Below are positions 28,177 through 42,199 of a DNA stretch of 64,000 nucleotides, piece by piece; within the stretch, counting starts at the first letter, position 1, and the number at the start of each line of letters is the position of its first letter. A model generated the notes under the pieces. It was not told the DNA's origin. It saw nothing but the letters and a program-made list of their open reading frames with translations, and made no database searches. Made by a program: the position numbers and the translations under genes. This DNA is from Octopus vulgaris (taxonomy: Eukaryota), in the NCBI GenBank assembly GCA_951406725.2, contig OX597814.1, forward strand, positions 154,566,001-154,630,000, given 5' to 3'.

Positions 28177-28788
28177 GAGACAGAAGCAAATCGAAATTAT
28201 GTATATAATTATCTACTCGTCCCTCCACCCAGTCACTCACGCAGCCAACTATCTTCTCCTCCCTCTCGTCTTCCAGCCATCCAGCCATCCATCCATCAGT
28301 CCGTCCGACCGTCGTCCAATTTTCTGTCCTTCAAAATCTCTCTATCCGATCAGCAGTTCCTAATTCAGAAAGACTGCCAAAAATAACAGTCAAATCTCTC
28401 TCAGATCGCATCTTACTTTCAGAAAATGAAAGGAACACATACATACAGAGTAACGTAGTTTACATTGCAAAGTGTTGTTTCAGTTACACTGTAGATGAAA
28501 CAAAACCATCTAAAGCTTTGATTTTTCATGCCCGTTCCATAAGATCTGAGCTAAACAGTAGCAGCAACAATAACTGCAACGACAATACCAACACCAATTG
28601 TAAATAAGAAGACCATGTGGTCACTCGACCTGCTAGAAGTAGTAACCAAGTTAATCGCGCTGCCTGAACAAGGAAGGAAAGACTCATTAGATTGTATGAT
28701 GTAAGATACAGAATGTCAATTAAAAAACAGGATGCTCGTAGCTGGAACACATTTCATCATAGCTTTCTGTTCCACATGGACTTGGGGC

Positions 28789-28833
<45 letters not shown>

Positions 28834-29363
28834 GTAGCTGTAACCAACAAATCAACGAATGCATGCTTAGAATGCCACTCGCCTGCTAGAAAGAGTAGTC
28901 AAATCGCTTTCTAATCAAACTCTTCAGCCACAAGGAAAACACATTATATAGGTGTTCTTCCATAATGCACAATGGTAGAAATGATGCGACGGTTGTAAGT
29001 AGACCATCGTTGATCATAGTTCTGCTTTAAGATGGTTGATTAAACATTTATACAACTGGCGCTATAATGGGTTCTGTTATTCGGAGATGGCTGGTCCCGT
29101 ACCTCTTCAAGACATGCACCCTCGACCCACTCGTCCATTCTCCACTCATTACCCTTGTTGTGGCCGGACCCCCTAGTTTGGCACTAATTGCTATGCCCAG
29201 TCTTCATTCCTCCACAAGAACACCGGCTCCTTAGACTTTCCTTTTTACTTATGTCTTTCTTGCAGGTGTCGACCTGCAAAAGTATAAACAGAACCTTGAC
29301 GACATCAACCAAACTCAGCGGTGACGGAGACCAAGAATATGTCATAAGCACTGCCTCTCCTCC

Positions 29364-29364
<1 letters not shown>

Positions 29365-29455
<91 letters not shown>

Positions 29456-29487
29456 CCATCACCACCACCACCACCACCACCACCACC

Positions 29488-29543
<56 letters not shown>

Positions 29544-29640
29544 TCAACGTCCAATTTTCCGTGCATGCATTGGTCAGTGTGAAATTTGTGGCGGCAGATG
29601 TTCTTCCTGTCGCCAATCTTTACCTGTTTCCAGGTAATGT
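29365..29640 (-). mobile_element. retroposon 3' end with expanded (GAT)n/(GGT)n tail
   Basis: Minus strand ...atgcatgcacggaaaattggacgttgaatgatgatg resembles the tail at 60820-60852 (ggaaagcggacgctaaacgatgatgat); RTE-type tail inferred. Confidence 0.5.
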
Positions 29641-30861
29641 AATAAGTAAGCCCTTAGATAAATAAATAAAACTATTACTAACCAAAGATACTAAATACTA
29701 AATACATTATACTATACTACTACTACTACTTAAAACAGGTCAGTGGGCAGAATCGTTTGAACCTCGGACAAATGTTTTGTGGTCATTGTTCTGGCTCTTT
29801 ACGTTTTCTGAGTTCAATTCAGGCCGAGGTCAAAACTGTAGCTTTTATCCTTTTCAGACTGATGTAATAAAGTACCAGTCAAGTGCTTGAATCAACAATA
29901 TTGATTGTGACCTCTCTTTCAAAACTCCTGACCTTGTGCCTAAATCAGAAACCAGTTGTTCTGATTCTTCTTATCTGATTTTTCCAATTCCGCTGGGTTT
30001 AGCTCTACCTTCCATTCTTTCAAGATCTATAAGCAGAGCACCAGTCGAGTACTAGAGTGGATTTTTCTATCTCATTATACAGGGGATTAGCCATTGGAGG
30101 TGGAAGTGGGAGGAAAAACTTACAACGTCTCTTGTTCCAAGAAACGGAGGTAGGGTGAGCGAGGAGCTAGCTGTCATTTCTCATTTAGCGAGATTTATAA
30201 ATCATTGAAAGAAACCAGAAAAAGTGTTCATGGATAAACCGACATGATGTACAACACGCTATGACTAAAAAAAAAACAAACTGGTAAATAGAAAATACGT
30301 TATATACCTCTTTAGCGAGGAAGGTGTTACAAATTCAAATCAACCCTTCGCAGATCCAAGCAAATCGTTTATTTTAATGTTGTTATTAGTGTCTATTTCT
30401 TTTAGTTTTATGCCTTTTCAAAAATTATACAGTTAATTAATGATTGATACATTTAAATAATTGAGAGAAAAAAAACAGTGCCCGGTCGAAATTTTGCCTT
30501 CGGCCGATGCTCCGGTTTGTAATAACATTTTTACTTATTACAAAGACATGTCAGGCTGAAAAACTAAACCCATTGAAATTATATGAATAAGTTGGTACCT
30601 TGAGGCTAAGATCAATACTATATGATGCATAGAGAAAATGTGGCAACTGTTCCTTTTCGTACACTAAACTTTACTGCCCTATACTGGATGTGTGTGTGTG
30701 TGCGTGCGTGTGTGTGTGTGTGTGTGTGTATTAATAGAAGAAGCACTGGACGCAAGGGTCGAGAGGTTCATGCGTTTCGTTCGATAAATGCCAACGCACG
30801 AACTCTCGGCCCTTGAGTCACTCTGTGGCATCAGATAAATATTAACAAATACACACACATG

Positions 30862-30892
<31 letters not shown>

Positions 30893-30902
30893 ATGTGTGT
30901 GT

Positions 30903-30950
<48 letters not shown>

Positions 30951-30983
30951 ATATATATATGTATGTATATATATATATCTATA

Positions 30984-31030
<47 letters not shown>

Positions 31031-31078
31031 TCATAGTTTGAGTTCTATTTTTGCTGTTTTCATTTATCAGACCTGTAT

Positions 31079-31109
<31 letters not shown>

Positions 31110-31378
31110 TTATATTAATTAAACTGAATAATTACTCTATACTTATTGGTTATTTTTTACAGGAAGAGTGGGGAAAGTGACTTCGATGTTTCAACCTGCT
31201 AGCATTCGTCAAAAAAGATGAGTGAAGTACATAGTACAGTCCTTGATATACCCACAAAAGATGGGATAGTCATTGTTGGTATGCCTTTCCTTAGAGGGCT
31301 TCGCTTAATCAAGGCTGCATGTTAGAATTTCACATGAGTTGAAACATGAGTGCACAGACACGAACTCACTCTGTATAT

Positions 31379-31468
<90 letters not shown>

Positions 31469-31848
31469 ATATATGGCGTGTGTGTGTGTTATTAATATTA
31501 ATCTGCAGAAGTTATAGAGTGACTCAAGTGCCGAGAATTAAGTGCATTTGCACTTATCAATGCACGAAACTCTCGGTACTTGAGTTACTCTGTAACTCCA
31601 CCCGATTAGTAATAATAACTATCCACCTAGGTATCCTTAACCTCTAAAACGAGCACGGGAGATACATTTTAGATTTCAAGCAAGCCGTAAAGGGATGTTT
31701 CGTCAATTAATCTCGTGGATAATCTCAGTTGATTGAAGATTTTCCATTTCTTTGTATTAAATAAACAAAGCCTTTATTGCTTGTCCTTTTAATACGTAGA
31801 ATGTTCCTTCGAGATATTTCGCCTTTTCCACATTATGTAACATGTATG

Positions 31849-32742
31849 TACGAGGTGTATTTCTGGTTTGGAACTTTCGGCAGAGGCAGTTAAAACTGTC
31901 TTGGATTATTGTAATTTTAGAATGTCATTACAAACTGACCTGCCAATTTTTTATTCCAGATTGAAGGAGACGCCTATTTACAGTACTTTGAACACACCTT
32001 ACTAAACACTACTTGTCACAGTTCTAGACTGGTAACCAACTAATTGACAGAGATGGGCATCAAAGCTGTCCCTCACCTTCTCCAGAACCCAGAATTGCTC
32101 GCTGTGACTTTTGGCTGTTTCCAAAGTTGAAGGAGAACTGCAGGAGCAGTCATTTTGAAGACGTTGAAAGCTGTGACAAGGGTCCTGGACACTTTCACTT
32201 TGGAAGATTTTTCATGGGGTCTTCCCGAAGTGCATTGAAGTCAGAAGATGCTATTTTGAAGGAGATTTAGAGTTTTGTACTTCTTAAAAATTAATACATC
32301 TAACTCCTGAAAAATACTCTTTTAGTCTTTTACTCGTTTCAGTCATTTGACTGTGGCCATGCTAGAGCACCGCCTTTAGTCGAGCAAATCGACCCCAGGA
32401 ATTATTCTTTGTAAGCCTAGTACTTATTCTATCAGTTTCTTTTGCCGAACCGCTAAGTTACGGGGACGTAAACATACCAGCATCGGTTGTCAAGCGATGT
32501 TGGGGTGACTAAAATAGACACACAAGCATATATACACATAAATACATATATATATACATAAATACGACGGGCTTCTTTCAGTTTCCGTCTACCAAATCCA
32601 CTCACAAGGCTTTGGTCGGCCCTAAGCTATAGTAGAAGACACTTGCCCAAGGTACCACGCAGTGGGACTGAACCCGGAACCATGTGTTTGGTAAGCAAGC
32701 TACTTACCACACAGTCACAAAACTTTTAGAATGCTTCTCGTA
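31849..32742 (+). mobile_element. mariner transposon relic interrupted by a SINE
   Basis: Ends TAcgagg...ctcgTA; transposase C-terminus EMGIKAVPH..PE/ARCDFWLFPKLKE...KCIEVRRCYFEGD (YSPDLAPCDF-type motif) at ~32030-32270. Confidence 0.8.
32315..32715 (-). mobile_element. SINE family A, near full length
   Basis: High similarity to 47017 and 56868 copies. Confidence 0.92.
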
Positions 32743-33510
32743 TATAAGCAAAAACTAGTCTGCAGAACATCTCGCCATAATTTTTCTTTCGTTTCTTTTT
32801 TTATATATCTCTTCAAAACAACGAGAACAATGTCTGTGATGAGCCAAAGTGATAGCTACAATTACTTTGGTCGTTGACCTGTTGAAAATAACAAATTTCC
32901 TTCAAATAACAGTTTAGGATCTTAAAATGTAATACTATTAATGTCTAACAATGTCTGAAAATTAATATATGAGAAGATGACAGCCGAAATATCTTTGAAC
33001 AGAGCTGACGATAAATGAAACACAAACAACATCAATAAAAAAAAAGCATGTGTCTAGTCGTTCAATCTGCTGGAAATAGTGACTATATCTTCAATTTACA
33101 CCCTATCATCTTATCAATAAGAATGACAAGTAAACTAAATATACTAAAAGATGGTAGGGCTAAAGCTGGGATGACTTTGATCATGATTTACGACAAAACA
33201 AAAATATAAACAATCACAAGACAACTGTTATGACATCTAAACGATCAACGAAATTATCATAACCAACAGCTGTATCTAGATCTTTTAGGAAGTCACCAAA
33301 TCTATTAGAAGTACCAAGAGATCTTCCTCAAGTAACAGACACTACCGTCTTGAATACATGAGGCATTGTAGTTATAGATACAGAATGTCTGCATAAAAAT
33401 AAGTAAATATATAAATGAATAAAAAGACTAGAGCGTCATGGGTGGAGCTACCTTGATCAACGAACAGCATGAATTTAGTCTAAACAATTAAAAACAATAA
33501 TGCCTACAAC

Positions 33511-33679
33511 TAAGGCTGTCTTCATAGAATTACAAGTTCCCGGGCAAATTAAAGCACTGGACCCCATAGTATTTATTTGTTGAAAGTAAACCACAGCATA
33601 CATAGATCTGTACGGGGCCCCTAAATTTTTGAGACCCCTGGGCAACTGCCCAGTGTGCTCATGCCTAAAGACGGCCCCG
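33511..33679. mobile_element. hAT-type MITE
   Basis: TIRs taaggctgtctt / aagacggccccg (CAGGGCCGTCTT type); 8-bp flanks cctacaac / actacagc; internal ggggcccc motifs. Confidence 0.7.
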
Positions 33680-33759
33680 ACTACAGCAGCTTTATTAAAG
33701 CGGCTTTTCTTATACCACCACAATAAAAGAAACTCCAATGTCACAGCATTGTATATAAT

Positions 33760-33970
33760 ATTGGTTTCAAATTTTGGGACAAGAGCAGCAGTTTCGTGGG
33801 GGAGGAAAAATCGATTAAATCAACCTCAGTGTTCAGCTAGTACTTATTCTATCGACCTCGAAAAATGAAATGCAAAGTCAACCTCGGTGAACTCAGAACA
33901 TAAAGACGGATGAAATGCCGTTAAGCATTTTACCCGGCATGCTAATGATTCTGCAAGCTCACCTCCCTTG
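33760..33970 (-). mobile_element. SINE family B
   Basis: gtttcaaattttggga...tatcgacc...caaagtcaacctcgg...atgccgttaagcatttt. Confidence 0.8.
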
Positions 33971-33997
33971 CATTATATATAATATTACCATGCCACA

Positions 33998-34042
<45 letters not shown>

Positions 34043-34084
34043 TTTGTTTAAAGATTCATGTTATCGATATTCTGAGATGCCCAT

Positions 34085-34414
34085 TTCCCGTACCTCATCG
34101 TACAGTGACATTTCCCTTACCTAATCGTCTTTCGGATCCTTCAAATTCAAAATCTGGTCCCTTTGCCCAGTTGACTTAGTTGATGATGATCCAGTTCCAG
34201 CTTGCAACCCAATTGTGACAAACCATTGGTTTGCCTTCTTTAACCAAAACCACCCAATGAATTTCTTTGCAATCCTTTATAGATCTCTTCGCTGCTCCAG
34301 TCAGGCATTTGCAGAATGAACGGCCCTAAAAACATCGACAGTTGCCTGCAAACCCCGCATTCTGCACTGTTCTACCAGATCCTGGTATGTGGCAAACTTT
34401 CACTCATATACCAT
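34085..34414 (-). mobile_element. Hero-like (RLE) non-LTR retrotransposon 3' end
   Basis: Minus strand YE*KFATYQDLVEQCRMRGLQA...AAKRSIKDC...WFWLKKANQW, resembling the Hero C-terminus (ERKxxKYxDLVExCRxRGW...WLWLKR). Confidence 0.7.
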
Positions 34415-34764
34415 ATACATGCATTCATGTACATACATAATAGATACATACATACACACACACTCGTATATATATATAAATATATATAACTTTAATATAA
34501 ATTCATACATACACATGCATACTTATATGAATACACATGTATACGTATTATAATATATATATATATATATATACATATATATATACATATGTATCATAAT
34601 ACATATATATATACGTGAAAGTGAATGTGTATATATATGTATTATAATACACAAACATATATACATGAAAATGTATGTGTAAATATATATATATATGTGT
34701 GTGTGTGTATGTGTATTATGATAAATATATATATACATGAAAATGAATGTATGTATACATGTAA

Positions 34765-34800
<36 letters not shown>

Positions 34801-35001
34801 CAATTAAGGACAACTTCTTAATTGCATTCGGTGGGATTAGTAAAATTTTTGGTAGAAATGACTAATTTTGTCCCTCTTAGCGTGTGGCATGTATGTATAA
34901 TAATGCCTTCTATATATATAAATTTATATATATATATATATATCTGTATTATAATAAATATATATATATATACATGAAACTGAATGTATGTATACATGTA
35001 C

Positions 35002-35033
<32 letters not shown>

Positions 35034-35600
35034 TATAATACATATATTTGCAAATAAATAAATATATATTCATATATATACACATCAAAATAAATGTGTA
35101 TGCATATGTATATGTTGGTATATATATGTATGTATATGTATATATTTACGCATGTGTGTATAGTATTCAGGAACTATCCAGTACTTTGCATAAAATATAG
35201 GCCCTCCTCGTTTTCTATTTATTTTTTTAAGAAATATACCCCATCGATTATAAAACTTTCTTTTCCGTATGGGGTTCTTTAAACAATACGGTAACAAAAA
35301 CATACACTACTAAAGAAAAAATAGAAGTATCAACAATACACATTTAGATCCCTACCCATGGAACATGCGTACATATACCATTTCTCTATGTATAGACAAA
35401 ATACAGCCATAAATTTTCATGCATACACACACACATATGCATAAAAATATATGTTTATATATGTATATATACGTATATGTCTATATAATACACACGCACA
35501 GACACATGTATATATATATATATATACATTATACAGACATATACGTAAATGCATATATACGTATATATCTGTATAATGCGCACGCATACACATATGTGTT

Positions 35601-35657
<57 letters not shown>

Positions 35658-35668
35658 TATATAGAAGG

Positions 35669-35719
35669 AGCTTCTACAGGACTAGAACTGTTTCATTCAA
35701 GAGAAATCTTCAGGAAGCT
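35669..35719 (-). ncRNA. type I hammerhead ribozyme motif
   Basis: Minus strand agcttc-CTGAAGA-tttctcttgaat-GAAAC-agttctagtcct-GTA-gaagct: 6-bp helix I, helix II ttc/gaa, helix III ACAG/CTGT. Confidence 0.75.
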
Positions 35720-35763
35720 TCCTGAAGATTTCTCTTGAATGAAACAGTTCTAGTCCTGTAAAC
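35716..35763 (+). ncRNA. HHR motif with damaged helix I
   Basis: Same core on the + arm, but GTA is followed by aact rather than gaagct. Confidence 0.5.
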
Positions 35764-35847
35764 TCCTTCTATATAATAAATTAATTTTACTCTGCTATGT
35801 ATTGAGTACCTTATTTACTGTGGTTAACCCCGAATCAACCCGGGACC

Positions 35848-35892
<45 letters not shown>

Positions 35893-36037
35893 ATGTACGT
35901 ATGTATGTATTATACAGACATATACGTAAATGCACATATATGTATATGTCAGGCAAAAATAGTACGTATTGTACATTGTGTATATCATATATTATATCAT
36001 ATTATATTATATTATATTATATTATATTATATTATAT

Positions 36038-36090
<53 letters not shown>

Positions 36091-36223
36091 TATAATATGT
36101 GACATATACGTATAGAGGTGTATGCATACATATATAAATATATTAGCTATAGGTAAGTACGGTGCAGGGATCCAAGTGGAGGAATTTAGTATCGTATTAT
36201 ATATATATGTGTGTATATGTATG

Positions 36224-36339
<116 letters not shown>

Positions 36340-36819
36340 CGCACACATGCATATGTATACACATATACAGAAGATTAGAGGCGGCTTTATGGTGACGCAC
36401 AAACACTCAGCTGTGAGTGCGCTGCATTTCATAGCAGAAACACCTGTAAGCTAATGCAGTTGATAACGTAATTTCATTCCCCTTGTTATTTCTTTGATTT
36501 AAATTTATATGTAAATATATCTATATAGATACACACACACACATATACACTTATCTATATATTGTATGCATATATATAGATAAGGGGTCGAATTATTTTT
36601 TCATTAAATACATAATTTATTGGAGTCATTCAATACTAATTTACAATTAATACTCATATATACTTATCTACTATGCATATTCATAGAGTATAGAATATTC
36701 ATTTATATAATATATGCATATAAATCCTCTAAATCCATAAAAATGTTTTAGCCCGAAGGCCGCGGCCATGCTGGGGCACCACCGCTGTATATGGTATATA
36801 CATATATATATGTGTGTTT

Positions 36820-37060
36820 CTTCCCAGGAATGTAATACTCTTAGCTTATTTTTCCTTGGGGCTGGCCAGATTGGAGCAATCTCTATTATAACCATCCGAA
36901 ATTGCAAAGATAATCTGGAACTCGACTGAGGATAGAAAACTCCGAGTGATCCGTCCTTGTTTTCCTTGTATCGTCTGTCTAGTTATTTTGTTCCTCCTTT
37001 TTTTTTTGTTTCACCTAACTGTCTGGATGCTTTGCGTTCTTGTCCCATTTTTGTATTTTT
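36820..37060 (+). mobile_element. PLE-end-like family, copy 1
   Basis: 36895-37060 is homologous to 48355-48508; ends in a TA tract; contains CTGAGGA-ta-GAAA. Confidence 0.6.
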
Positions 37061-37073
37061 ATATATATGTATG

Positions 37074-37119
<46 letters not shown>

Positions 37120-37124
<5 letters not shown>

Positions 37125-37520
37125 ATCCACCGAGATTAGTTAAAATATTTTACTATGCATTTTCAACTTATATTTTCCTATATATATCTACCCGTGTGAA
37201 ATAAAATATCTTTGTTTTCTATACACATATACTACTTCTACACACCGCTTTCCTTGGATAATGGAATTACAACTGTAACATATTTATATATTTTTATTTT
37301 GATTTCTACATTATTTCATTATATACTACTAATTTCCATCTTTTTCCAAAATAACTCCTTATATTGAACTCTACTGTTTCCTTCTATTTAACCATCTCAC
37401 ATCGCCTATGATGAAGGGATATCCCTAATATCATAGAAACAGCTGTAAGACTAACTTTCTTTTTATAAATGTCCTGAAAGTCCCAGGCAGCCTTGCCTTT
37501 GTTGTCTTATTTTATTTAGC
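37120..37520 (+). mobile_element. PLE-end-like fragment with degenerate HHR at 37403-37452
   Basis: ctATGATGA-agggatatccctaatatcata-GAAAC-AGCT-GTA-aga; starts at a TA tract. Confidence 0.55.
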
Positions 37521-37579
37521 GCGCGCTCACACATACATACACACACACACAATACACACAGACACACGCACATCTACAT

Positions 37580-37711
37580 TATTTCATTTGATTCAGTCAT
37601 TTGAGTGTGGCGAACAAAACGACCCCACGACTTATTCAACTGGTATCCTTTGCCGAACCGTTATATTACGGGGACGTATAAACACCAACGTCTGTTGTCA
37701 AACGATAGTGG

Positions 37712-37742
<31 letters not shown>

Positions 37743-37765
37743 GACACGCATATACACACATGCAT

Positions 37766-37799
<34 letters not shown>

Positions 37800-37878
37800 T
37801 ATTATTTGAGGGAATAAAATCCAAAACTTACAAGGAAAAAAATTCAATTTAGAAATACTAAAATTTCACACAATATAA

Positions 37879-37953
<75 letters not shown>

Positions 37954-38051
37954 TATATACATATATATATATATGTACATATATATACATATACGACTGG
38001 CTTCTTTCCGTCAACCAAATCAATTCATAAGGATTGTGTGCGGTGTGTATC

Positions 38052-38085
<34 letters not shown>

Positions 38086-38181
38086 GTAGAAGACACTTGC
38101 ACAAGGTACCGTGCAGTGGAACAGAACCCGAAACCATATGGTCAGGAAGCAACCTTCTTTCTATACAGTCACGCCTGCACC
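37580..38181 (-). mobile_element. SINE family A, decayed and interrupted
   Basis: Tail at 37580-37720, head at 37993-38181. Confidence 0.7.
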
Positions 38182-38606
38182 TAAATATATACATACGCAA
38201 TATTTATATATGTACATATGCACAATATGTGTGTGTGTGTGTATATAAAATATAAATTAGAGATAAAACCAGTATTATGCATATATAAAGTATATGTAAA
38301 CACACGCACACATACACACACACACAAACGCCCAAACGCGCGCCGACACGTGTGAAATATATTACTGGACACATATTTATTGACTTCCAGCGTGTCCCAA
38401 CTGGCAATAGACTTTAATGATGAAGTATATACTCACTTACATGTATATGTAATTTTCTAAGTATGTACATACATATATATAAATATATCTGGAATATAAA
38501 TTAATAAAATATATAATGTATATCGAGTTTTTAATAAATGGTTTATTAGTATGGCTATGGCGAAGCAAATCATAAATCATATGTGTGTGTGTGTGCATGC
38601 ACCTGC

Positions 38607-38645
<39 letters not shown>

Positions 38646-38721
38646 CCTCTCTCTCTGCAAATGTGTCTGTGTATATGTGCGTGTGTGCCTATTTGTATGA
38701 ATATATGTGTGCGTGTATATG

Positions 38722-38775
<54 letters not shown>

Positions 38776-38795
38776 AATATGTATGGAGATAATTG

Positions 38796-38834
<39 letters not shown>

Positions 38835-39079
38835 ATTGATTTATATATATATATATTTGTACTTATATATATATATATATATACATTCATATATATATAT
38901 ATATACATATATATTTATATATTGTATATATGCATATTTTGTATGTATATATATATACATATATATATGTATATATATATATACACATACACATATATAT
39001 ATATATATATACATATATATATTTATACATACATATATTTATATATATATATATATAAATATACATACATACAAACACA

Positions 39080-39192
<113 letters not shown>

Positions 39193-39799
39193 GTGGTAAT
39201 GCTTCGAAAAGCACTCGATCATATAAGAGATTAAAGATTATATATGTGTGTGTATATCTATACACACACACACACATATATATATATGTATATATATACA
39301 CACACCCACATATATATTGCACACACACACATACACATGCACAAACAACACAGTATAAATCAACTGAAATACATTTAGATATTATAAAGCCTTACTATGA
39401 GTTACATTTTTTTCGTATCTATGTATAATTAAATATTTTTTTCATTAACAATGAATCCTCATCAGCACAAATATGCAAAATAGACAATCTACCTGGGTGG
39501 TAGCATAACTCCATGATAAGCCGGCATCAACTTTCCTCAGGTGCAGTCAACATACTGTGAGACGGTTAATTGCGGTATTCCCTATATCGATTTCTGTTCA
39601 TGTAATACGTAGATATACTATAGAAAAGTATGTGCTTATATCCTTATTTATCCCTTAATGATGACCTACATTATGAAAATTTGTGTCTCATGAGTGTGTG
39701 TGTGTGTGTGTGTGCATTATATATATATATATATGAAAGTGAGTATAAGTATAAATCTTTAGTTTCTACGTACGTTTTGCATCTAACTGTACACACAAG

Positions 39800-39832
<33 letters not shown>

Positions 39833-39844
39833 GAAATAGATGAA

Positions 39845-40302
<458 letters not shown>

Positions 40303-40403
40303 GTATATATATGTATATATATATGTATATATATATATATGTATATATATATGTATATATATATATGTATATATATGTATATATGTATATATATATGTAC
40401 ATA

Positions 40404-40440
<37 letters not shown>

Positions 40441-40763
40441 GTATATATATATGTATATATATGTATATATATGTATATATATATGTATATATATGTATAT
40501 ATATATGTATATATATGTATATATATATGTATATGTATATATATATATATGTATATATATGTATATATATATGTATATGTATATATATATATATGTATAT
40601 ATATGTATATATATATGTATATATATGTATATATATATATGTATATATATGTATATATATATGTATATGTATATATATATATATGTATATATATGTATAT
40701 ATATATATGTATATGTATATATATATATGTATATATATGTATATGTATATATATATATGTATA

Positions 40764-40808
<45 letters not shown>

Positions 40809-40841
40809 GTATATATATATATATGTATATATATGTATATA

Positions 40842-40890
<49 letters not shown>

Positions 40891-40930
40891 GGATATATGT
40901 ATGGATATATATATATGGATATATGTATGG

Positions 40931-40996
<66 letters not shown>

Positions 40997-41061
40997 ATAT
41001 ATATATATGGATACATGTATATATATATATGGATATAAATATGTGTATATATATGGATATT

Positions 41062-41106
<45 letters not shown>

Positions 41107-41769
41107 ATCTACTGTTCTTATCGGTAAAATATTCATAGTGCCTCAAGGTCCGAGAGGTACCTGATTCTATTTATCAAAATTATATATATGCAAGTGGTTG
41201 TATATATGTGTACTTGTAAGAGTGTTAAAATAAGTGCACACAAGAAATTACACCACACATACACACACACACACACGCACGCACGCACGTGTGTGTGTGT
41301 CTAATACTGGGGACGAATTCATTGATACATATTAGCAGCTCAATTTTTCTGAATTGAAACAGAATAAATTTTTGATATTTCAGTTTTGTACCATCAAACT
41401 ACTGATCTCCAGTGTGTGATGTGATAAGTATTTAGTATATCGTAAATTTACAGTCGAATGCAAAAGTTCTATGTAGAATTACATTGAAACCCACCCGTCA
41501 ATTCGTGGCGAGTGTTGTGGATCTTCCCGTATATAGACCCCCAACTAAATATCTAGCTTTAATCAAGTGTAGCCCTCCTCCAACAATGTTTTTGTGTCAG
41601 AAAATAAACCTAGATCTATGCGTTTCCTTGATTAGCCTTTGCATAGGGTCCACCGTTTGGCACTTCCCTTTTCGTTTCATTCGACTTGCTATGGAAACTA
41701 CATGTGGTCCATCTCTGTAATGTCCTCAGTCCCTTTTTGGTTGTCATAAACTAAAACATGATGATGATG

Positions 41770-42080
41770 AGTTCAAATCCCGCTTAGGTCAATTTTTACT
41801 TTTAATTCTCTCAGGGTTAATAAAGCTGGAGTAGATTTAATCGCCAACTCTTCCTACTAAATTTCAGGCCTTGCTTATATTAGAAACAACAACAACATTA
41901 TTATTATTATTATTGTTATTATTATTATTGTTATTATTATTATTGTGTACTTAATTAAATGTATTATTATTATCAATAAGATAAAATAAATACCAGTTGA
42001 GTACTTGGGTCGATGTAACCGACTTATCCCCTGCTGGCATTGTGCCCAAAATTATTATTATTATTATCATCATCATCATC

Positions 42081-42118
<38 letters not shown>

Positions 42119-42125
42119 CATTATC

Positions 42126-42199
<74 letters not shown>

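Larger units (their letters stand above)
35652..35850. mobile_element. fold-back PLE end in (TA)n
   Basis: Loopless palindrome 35652-35781 centred on AAGCTT, plus an unpaired extension to 35850. Confidence 0.75.

Noticed and set aside
29184-29637. Poly-D/M/I ORFs and strong acceptor ttcttgcag at ~29265
   Set aside because: The ORFs derive from (ATC)n/(ACC)n repeats, and no convincing donor or recognisable protein follows the acceptor.
39430-39470. Minus-strand CTGATGA...GAAA
   Set aside because: No UH triplet with pairing helices I and III.
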